From Macrostomum lignano (lineage: Eukaryota), in assembly GCA_002269645.1 (NCBI GenBank), contig NIVC01002436.1, forward strand, positions 1-16,161: a stretch of DNA of 16,161 bases. The letters are read 5' to 3'. The position numbers and the translations under genes are program-made. Within the stretch, counting starts at the first letter, position 1; each line of letters starts with the position of its first letter. Of the stretch, positions 1 to 7,259 are shown in pieces. The notes beneath the pieces were generated by a model. That model was not told where the DNA came from. It worked only from the letters and a program-made list of their open reading frames with translations, and searched no databases.

Positions 1-929
1 CTACTTTCAGCTCTAACTAGAGTTCCATTGTAGCATTGGATATAGCTATGAAAAGTTATAGATATGGTTTTTTGGCAAAGGCAAAGTATATAAATATGGA
101 TATGGTTGTGGAAATATATTTCCCATATCTAGTTATTATATCTAGGCCTACCTAGCAATATTACTCAATTGAAACATGATTTACAACCATTAGAAAGTTG
201 TTAATTTGATAGATTTTATCACTTTAAAAGAGCTTATAAGTCTTTATAGGCCCCTAAAGATTTAGAAACTTAAGCAACAAAGAGTTTTGATTCCATATGC
301 ATGTTGTAGTTGGGCAGTAGATTCATTGCCCAAAAGTATAAGAGTTTTTATTTTACAATGTAAAATCTAGCTAAAGCTCTTAAGTCTAGGGTTGGGGACT
401 AGGATGGGATTGGGATTGTGGGACTAAATTTGATATGAATTTTAGTATTAATTTAATATAACATTAATTATAATATAACATATAGCATTAAATATAACAT
501 TTAACATTAATTTAATATATTAATGTAGCTCCCTACATTAATATAGGGAGCTCTTGAGTCTTGAGTTTCTAAAATCAGGGACTCAAGCAACAAAGACACT
601 ATATGCACTCTAGTGTTGAAATGGGAGGGAAGGTAAAGTTAAGACGTTTTCACTTTCAATACAAAGGTAGCTAGCTCTAAAGTCCTTGGGTTCAAAGACT
701 CAATTTTTACACCATATGCACATTGTGGTTAGGATGGTAGGGGCTTATTAGAATGAATGAAACTAATAAAGAAGCCATCTAGCATTTGCCATTATCAAAG
801 AAGGCTAGATTGCAAAGGAGACTTCTTAGAAACAATTGATGTGTAGGCTATCGCCCTCATAGAAGATCTTGAATGGTAAGAATTGGAGATTTTGTTACTT
901 TAGTAACTTAAATGCAATAAAAGATGTCA

Positions 930-1040
930 GGAAAGAGGAGAGAAGAGAGAAGGAAAAAGAAAAGAAAAGGAAAATAAAAGAGGGGAGAGAAGAGAGGGGA
1001 AAAGGAAAAGAGAGAAAAGAAAAAGAACAAAGAAGAGAAT
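930..1040. repeat. Purine-rich (GA/A) low-complexity tract
   Basis: Almost entirely A/G; accounts for the K/E/R-rich spurious ORF 869..1105. Confidence 0.8.
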
Positions 1041-1169
1041 CTTACTATTTGTCCTTGGCCTTGCCTGCACTATCCTTGCAGCTTAAGCAGCAGCACTTTA
1101 TGTAGCAGCTCAGGGCAGAGGGCCTCTGACCAGATGATATGGCTAGCCAATCAGTCATTGCCCATCTTA

Positions 1170-1382
1170 CAGTCATGCACAAAAGTAAGTACACCCCAAG
1201 CAAAAATTGAGAAAACTGTTAAAATTTCTGAACCATCAGCTGTATTACAACAAAACTGCATCACAATGATCCTTATTGACTGGCATTTATTTTGACACAT
1301 CAAGCTTTGAAAAACTCTTTGTGGCTACGGAGCTATGGCAAAAAATGCTCAAACACACCTGTGCAAAAGTAAGTACACCCTG
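1170..1382. repeat. Complete Tc1 terminal inverted repeat with outer and inner direct repeats
   Basis: CAAAAGTAAGTACACCC occurs at 1180-1196 and 1364-1380, the IR/DR layout known from Sleeping Beauty/Minos-type elements. A minus-strand AATAAA at 1286-1291 lies downstream of the transposase stop. Confidence 0.88.
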
Positions 1383-1384
1383 TC

Positions 1385-2407
1385 TTAATACTTTGTAGCT
1401 CCACCTCGTGCAGCCACCACAGCCAAGAGCTGCTTGCGGTAGCCATTCACCAGCGCAGTGCACCTCTCAGCGGGCACTTTCCGCCACTCCTTGATGCAGA
1501 ATTCGGCCAATTCCCGCAGATTCTTTGGCTTCCTCGCGTGAACCATCTTCTTGAGATCCGTCCACAGCATCTCGATCGGATTCAGGTCAGGGCTCTGGCT
1601 TGGCCACTCCATGACCTTGATGCGCCTCTGCTGCAGCCATCGCCGAGTTGCAGCGCTCGTGTGCTTGGGGTCATTGTCCTGCTGCAGTGTCCAAGCTCGT
1701 CCAAGACCGAGGTCATGCACTGATGGCTGCAGGTTTTCATTAAGGATCTGCTGATACACAGCCGAATTCATCTTCTCGGTGATGTGCATCAGCCTGCCGG
1801 TGCCAGCAGCTGCAAAGCAGCCCCACAGCATGATGCTGCCGCCTCCGTGCTTGACTGTCGGCTTCAGGTGTTTCTGCTCAAATGCGGTGTTCGGCTTGCG
1901 CCACACGCGCTGCTTCTCATTCCTGCCGAACAGCTCAATCTTGGTTTCATCAGACCAAAGCACTGACTGCCAGTAGCTGTCTGGCTTACTCAGCATCGCA
2001 TTAGCAAACTGCAGCCTGGCATCGCGATGTCGCTGCTGCAGCAAAGGCTTTTTTCTTGGAATGCAGCTGCGGAGGCCCACACGGTTCAGGGCTTGGCGAA
2101 CAGTAGTCCTGTGCGGCAAAAAGCCAGCTGCATTCAGCATCTGCTGCAGCTCGCCTGATGTTGAATTCGGGTTTTGGCTGACCTCTTGCGTGAGTTTGCG
2201 CAGCACGCGAGCTGAAATTTTACTCGGCCGGCCACTGCGAGGTAGAGATGCTGTGGTGCCGTGCTGCTTGTACTTTGCGATGATGCGCCTAACCGTTGAT
2301 ACATGCACATTGAAGGCAGTCGATATCCGCTTGTAGCCATCGCCACTATCGTGAGCTGCTACAATGCGATTTCTTAACTGAACTGACAGCTCCTAGCCTC
2401 TTGGCAT
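1385..2407 (-). pseudogene. Tc1 transposase, 340 codons, single premature stop at codon 5
   Basis: ATG at 2407 reads MPRG*ELSVQLRNRIVAAHDSGDGYKRISTAFNVHVSTVRRII, with TAG at 2395-2393. The ORF-track start at 2308 is an internal GTG. Motifs GRPSKI, WSDETK, QQDNDPKH, SPDLNPIE; 34 residues between the second D and E. Confidence 0.92.
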
Positions 2408-2458
2408 TGTCCTGGCGTGTATCAAGTCAATGACGAAGCGGCTGCATTGCACATAAGC

Positions 2459-2464
2459 TTTATA
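2459..2464 (-). promoter_or_regulatory. Candidate TATA box of the transposase
   Basis: TATAAA on the minus strand about 50 bp upstream of the ATG at 2407. Confidence 0.35.
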
Positions 2465-2611
2465 GTAGCATGAAAACCAGTAGCTGAGCTGATTGAGGGC
2501 AGGGTCAAGCAGGACTAAAGTCGCTGGTGACGTAACAGACAGTGAGGCGTCTGGCAATGTACTTATGGTGGCTCGCATCTGCACAGAGGAGGTTATACTG
2601 GTAGTAAAGGG

Positions 2612-2689
2612 CAGGGTGTACTTACTTTTGCACAGGTGTGTTTGAGCATTTTTTGCCATAGCTCCGTAGCCACAAAGAGTTTTTCAAAG
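2612..2689. repeat. Partial right Tc1 TIR (inner DR only)
   Basis: Exact reverse complement of 1305-1382; the match stops at the first base of the LTR (2690). Confidence 0.92.
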
Positions 2690-3115
2690 TGATGTAACCA
2701 CGCTCTGGTCGCGGGATAGGGCATGGGAACTTTTTTGAAAGTGCCTCCTATCCCGTGCACCCTCTGCACAGAGCTGTCGAGACTCGGCCAGGTCTCCGAC
2801 CGGGCCTGGAGACTCCCGCTCTGCTGCACCCCTCCTGCTGCCTTGGTCCCGTCTCTCCTGCCGCCACACCTGCCTTTCCGGAGCCCCTACCCCTTTCTGT
2901 ACCTCCCCCTCTACCCTATCTCTTCTGTTCCCGCCCTATTCTTCCTGTACTTTCTCTACCTCCTCCCTTTTTTTTGTCTCCCTCTGCACTCTTTTCCTGC
3001 GCTGTCCCCTCTTTCCCTGTGTCTACTTACAGTACTTTGTGTGCTCACCGTCTCCCCATCCCCTCTCAAACTCCCAAACGGTGACGCAAGTCGTGTGACC
3101 CCTTCTCCCCCTCGG

Positions 3116-3494
3116 TGACTCATCGATGACTCATCCCCCTCTCTTGCGCAACCTTTTCTCACGCTATTGTTCTCCTTCCCAAATTTCTCATGTGACACCC
3201 ACCCCACCTCCGCTTCTATTGTTCTCGTTTTTGCTTCTTTTGTTCTCTCGACCCCCACCAATTATCACATTTTCTCCGATTTTCTCTTTCTTTTGTTCTC
3301 GTTTTCGCACCTAATTATCACCTTTTCTCCAATGTTTACTTTTCCATTGTTCTCAGTTTTCCCCAATTATCCCCGATTTCCAATTCCTTTGTTCTCGACC
3401 CCAGCCCTATTGTTCTCAATGTTTGCTTGCGCAACACTTTCGCGACCACCCGCTGCGCCAATTATCCCCCCACCCCACCTCCGGATTGCGCAAT
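3116..3494 (+). promoter_or_regulatory. U3 enhancer-like motif array (also in the 3' LTR)
   Basis: TGACTCA at 3116 and 3127; TTGCGCAA at 3144, 3427 and within ATTGCGCAAT at 3485; seven TTGTTCTC between 3164 and 3417; four AATTATC; a degenerate period of about 53 bp over 3238-3390. Confidence 0.55.
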
Positions 3495-3539
3495 TTCCCG
3501 ATTTCTCATGTTGCTATGCCGGTCTCATGCTTCTCATCA

Positions 3540-3631
3540 TGACTCATTCTGACGTCATTCTGCCGGCAGCCAATCAGAGAGAGGGAGCCATGGTAACGAC
3601 CTTGAGGAGGCGGCTGTGAGGTCTATAAAAG
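3540..3631 (+). promoter_or_regulatory. LTR core promoter: AP-1, CRE, CCAAT, X-box-like, TATA
   Basis: TGACTCA 3540-3546, TGACGTCA 3550-3557, CCAAT 3570-3574 within AGCCAATCAG, CCATGGTAAC 3588-3597, TATAAAAG 3624-3631 (3' copy at 13736). TSS inferred near 3655. Confidence 0.7.
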
Positions 3632-3958
3632 GAAGCGATTTCGGCATGAGAATACTCAACTGAGTTTATCTCTGTTCCTCTCCTCGTCCTTCTTTGGACT
3701 TGCTGTCAGATTGAGTTCTGACCCATTCGTCTATAAGACGAATCCCTGCCGGTCCGCGGTCTGTTACCGCCAAGTTATCCTTAGCTCCCCAAGTGAGCTC
3801 GCCTATCGGCCAGCGGTCTGATACCGCCCAGCATCATCAGCATCGCCTGATCTACATCAGCGCCTCGTCGCTCCAGCGCATCGCCGCTTCACCGTCTGCC
3901 TGACTGCAGCCTACAGCCGCCCTCGGTCACTCCGCCTCTCTCTCTCTCTGTGCAGCTG

Positions 3959-3967
3959 CCGGTAAGT
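3959..3967 (+). promoter_or_regulatory. Candidate 5' splice donor inside the LTR
   Basis: CCG|GTAAGT with the intron starting at 3962 (14075 in the 3' LTR); full match to GTAAGT. Confidence 0.5.
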
Positions 3968-4911
3968 TCCTACTACTAATTTGTGCTCTAATTGCCTTTG
4001 CTTATCCGGGGTTTGCCTATTTTCCATTGTCTGATTAGAGAGCTGAGCCAATTGTGATACCGTATCTTTTGCTGTATTTTACTCAATAGTGAAGCCGCCT
4101 AATTGCCTGCTTATTTGCCTAAGGGCCTAATTATTAACTATTAACTAACTTCATCATTATTCAATCTTTCACCATCATTTCACTCATGGCTTGCTAAGCC
4201 TTTCTCCCGGGGTGGCAAAGCATAAGGAAGTTTGGGTAAGCTAATGGCCTCTCCCCGTGCAAAGCCCGCCTGTGAGTGCGTGCTGCGGGGCCGCGTGTGC
4301 GTGCAGTAGAGGGATTAGCGAGTCTTGGCACAGAATGGCAGTAGGAAGGTTGCAACCCCATGCTAACGCGTCCCTTCGCCCTGAGCAATCTAAACTGTAG
4401 ACAGTACATGTTCGCCTCATACTACTCTTAGTAATCAAAGTCGCAAGTCAGCCTCGCTCACAGCCACAAAGGATCCCCTGCTGAGAAATCCTCCAGGATT
4501 GAGCCCAGAGTTCCCGATCATGCCCCAAGCAGAGTCCCTGTACTCGGCTGCATGCGTCTCCCCTGTTAGCCTAAATCCCCTGGTAACCAATCCAGGCGGG
4601 GCTCTAGCCTCGAGAGGTCTGGTAGAAAGATCCAGGTGCGCCAGGTCACATAGAGTGGTGGCAGCCACTCGGTCATACCATGACCGAGTGACCAACTATT
4701 GCACCTTGGCTACAGGTGGGGTCCATGTGGGTCCTTGGCCCTCTGGTCACGAAGCGCTACCAAAGCTACTAATCATGTGGGCGGGACAGTCTGGTGCTGG
4801 AGGTCCGTCAGGTCATTGCCCGGTCATAGGCAGCCTACGGTCATTGCCCCCTCTAGCCATGCGTTCGTCTCTCTACGGAGCGGACAGGCGACAAGGGCGG
4901 TTACATCAAAA

Positions 4912-4929
4912 TGGTGGCAGCGGTGGGAT
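4912..4929 (+). other. Primer-binding site, tRNA-Leu (AAG/UAG-type)
   Basis: TGGTGGCAGCGGTGGGAT, 3 nt after the LTR, is the reverse complement of ATCCCACCGCTGCCA-CCA, which I recognise as the 3' end of metazoan tRNA-Leu(AAG/UAG). Confidence 0.85.
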
Positions 4930-7259
4930 CTGGTGCAAACAGCGCTGAGTTTCGGACTGGTGGTTTAGATGTGACAAGCGCACCTGTGGCATCCCTCAGA
5001 ATGGTGGCCGAAGCGCAAAGAGTGCCATGTCTAAATCTACCAATCGTAAAAATCGCCAATCGTCATTCTCTTCTCCCATGGCGTGAGGCAACAAAATCCA
5101 AAAATATTAATGTAACTTTTCAAATTTTTCGGGCTGCGAATTCGTTCAATTCATTCGAAATTTCCAAATTCATTCATTCGCCAAAAGCCCCTGATTCAAT
5201 TTAAAATTAATTTAGCCGATCAGTTTCAGCGCTAGAAAGTGTGAAGTGGTAGACGAGCGGATTTGATTACAATCAGAATAGCTACCTGGTAACGGAGTGT
5301 GTGAAGAACTGCGAAAGTGAATTTTCCGGACTCACTTTCTATTTCATGGTAATATGCTTTATTTCCCCTCCCTTTCTTTCTCTCGCCTAGCCTACAGCAG
5401 AACTGTGTGAGTGTTGAGGTGGACAGCCAGCCAGGTACGGAAGCCTCATCACGCAAGCACAGGGAAGCTGGAAGCGAAGCATTTCTTTCCTTTGTCCTAC
5501 CTCTTTCTTTTACTCGGGGGAGTGTAACAGTCGCTCTCCCTGATCGCTCAGTTAATCCTAGAAATGCGTAGAGACCGGAGCGTGTTTTGTTTGTCCATTA
5601 GAATGAACAGCTATCAAGGGCTATGGGGAACTCGCTATATATGCATAGTAAGGGAAGCAGTAGTCATGGCCTTGGAAACATTGGGGGATACCAAAGTCTC
5701 GCAGGAATGGGAATAGCGGTGTGATTGTATCTCTGTAGGGTATCAGTGTGACTCAAAAATCTCGGGCTAAAAAAAGTGTCACCTCCTATGGAATACCTGC
5801 GATCAGCCCGGACCTGAATTCTGCGGTAACCCCTGGTGCCTTCATGGCTGGGATTCGATCCCAACGTGTCTGCTGACTCTCCCCACTGTATTGCAGACCC
5901 GGTAGTAACTGCTTTGGTTGCATTTGGGCTGGTGCAGTGGCTGGAAATAGTAGATCCCATAGTATCCTATTGATAGTGGAGTTCAGTGAGTATTGGAATG
6001 GTGTACTGGAAGTCTGGTGGCCCCAGTGATCTCGTAATGTTTCCTGCTGCATTCTCCTCCTTTAGTAATTCCTCCCCCTGCTGTCAGTCTGATAGGGGAG
6101 GTGGGTGTGCCAATCAGCCCGACCCGGTAGAACGGCGCTCCTGCCCGACTTGTCAGCCTGGCCCAGGAAGGCGCTATTGCGCAACTCTTTTCCCCTCTGG
6201 CCACTGCAGCCCACTAAGCGCTTAGACGCAGGGTTGCATGCAGTCCCCTAATGTAAAGCCCCGGTACATAGAGTGCCACCCCAGTGCCCCGCAAGGTCAA
6301 TAAGACGGGTTGACGTCTCTGGCAACTTGGAATAACCTAGATGGAGGTACCGCTGTCTCCTGGTAGAACCGGGCGTTCAAGTACAGTAAAGTGGAGAGGC
6401 TGACAACTGTAGGACTTTCTCCGCCATCAGATAAAGGTCCCAAGTATGCTATTTCGAGCTGCAGCAAAGGTGGAGTATCGGAGGGGCAAGCATTTCAGGA
6501 AGATACTCACTTAGGTCTGTTTATCCTAGGAAAGCGGGCGAGAGTTTCAGGCTTGTAATCCGCCTAACCTGAAAACTTCGGGGACAGTTTAGTCTGGACT
6601 CCCGCTGCGCGCCTTCGCTCTGAACAGAAGGGGGAGGTCTTGGTTTTTGTGGATTCTGCTAGACGTAGGGGAGCTGGATTCCCGCCTTTTGTGAAGCTGC
6701 GTGTACAAGATTGGTAGTCCTGAGGTGGAAGCCCCACTGGACTCCGACGGTTTTCCGGCTGTGCAAGGGCAGTAAAGTGGGAGGACCTCCATGGGGATTG
6801 CTCCCGCCACTTGGGTTTTTGGGTCCAGGCGCCAACGCTTCTTCGTAGTAGCTTTCTTAAGGAAATGGGGTCCGGCGCGCAACCCTAGGGGAGAATTTGT
6901 ACAGGTGCCGTAAGTCCGTTTACGGTCGGCATTTGGGTTCCCTAGCATGGCCGCAAAATGAAGGTCAAGTCTCTCTGAATAGCCAATTTTTCCCTGTCAG
7001 GATGTGCCATAGACAACTGGTAGTGGTAGCCGCAGTTTGAGTCAGTGTGCTTTGCCGAGTGAAGCCGTTAGGACTGCCTAAATGGAATTATGTGGAGCCA
7101 CCCGTTTTTCAATTTGTTTTCTTCGACGCCGCAAGTGTGTGAGTTTTGTCTGTGTTTGTGTGTTTCGGATCAACTTTTCGGTCTTTACCTGTAGTTGCCC
7201 CGGTTTTCTTTTCTTTTCCTTCCCGGTAGTGGGTACTCCCCCAGCTATCCGGCTTTCAC

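Larger units (their letters stand above)
1170..2689 (-). mobile_element. Tc1-like DNA transposon (IR/DR type), right end truncated at a Gypsy LTR
   Basis: TA at 1168-1169 followed by a CAGT terminus; 213 bp left TIR; DD34E transposase; 78/78 inverted match of 2612-2689 to 1305-1382. Confidence 0.92.
2690..4908 (+). repeat. 5' LTR (2219 bp)
   Basis: Starts TGATGTAACC and ends GGTTACATCA (10 bp terminal IR). Near-identical to 12805-15021; I saw 2 substitutions and 3 small indels by eye. Confidence 0.96.

Noticed and set aside
130-245. LLYLGLPSNITQLKHDLQPLESC*FDRFYHFKRAY, faintly like the pogo/Tigger LPxNTTxxLQPLD...FKxxY motif
   Set aside because: Needs several insertions, contains stops, and the upstream catalytic motif is not visible; only a profile search could support it.
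869-1105. 78 aa K/E/R-rich ORF
   Set aside because: Translation of a GA-rich low-complexity tract.
2723-4968. ORFs inside the LTR (2723..3118, 3167..3619, 4435..4695, 4499..4948) and their 3' LTR copies
   Set aside because: Low-complexity or unrecognisable; LTR indels change some of them; the 4499 ORF starts at TTG and runs across the LTR boundary. Identity between copies only reflects LTR identity.
5849-5863. TGGGAT-TCG-ATCCCA resembling a tRNA T-arm or B box
   Set aside because: No D arm, anticodon arm or correctly spaced acceptor stem on either strand.
6214-6225. Perfect 12 bp palindrome CTAAGCGCTTAG
   Set aside because: A few such palindromes are expected by chance in 16 kb; no supporting context.
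6337-6426. Minus-strand VLPGDSGTSI as a replacement serine or aspartic protease motif (also PIDSGV at 5966-5983 on plus)
   Set aside because: Both sit in very short stop-bounded frames (about 29 and 8 codons) with no other catalytic motifs; consistent with chance.
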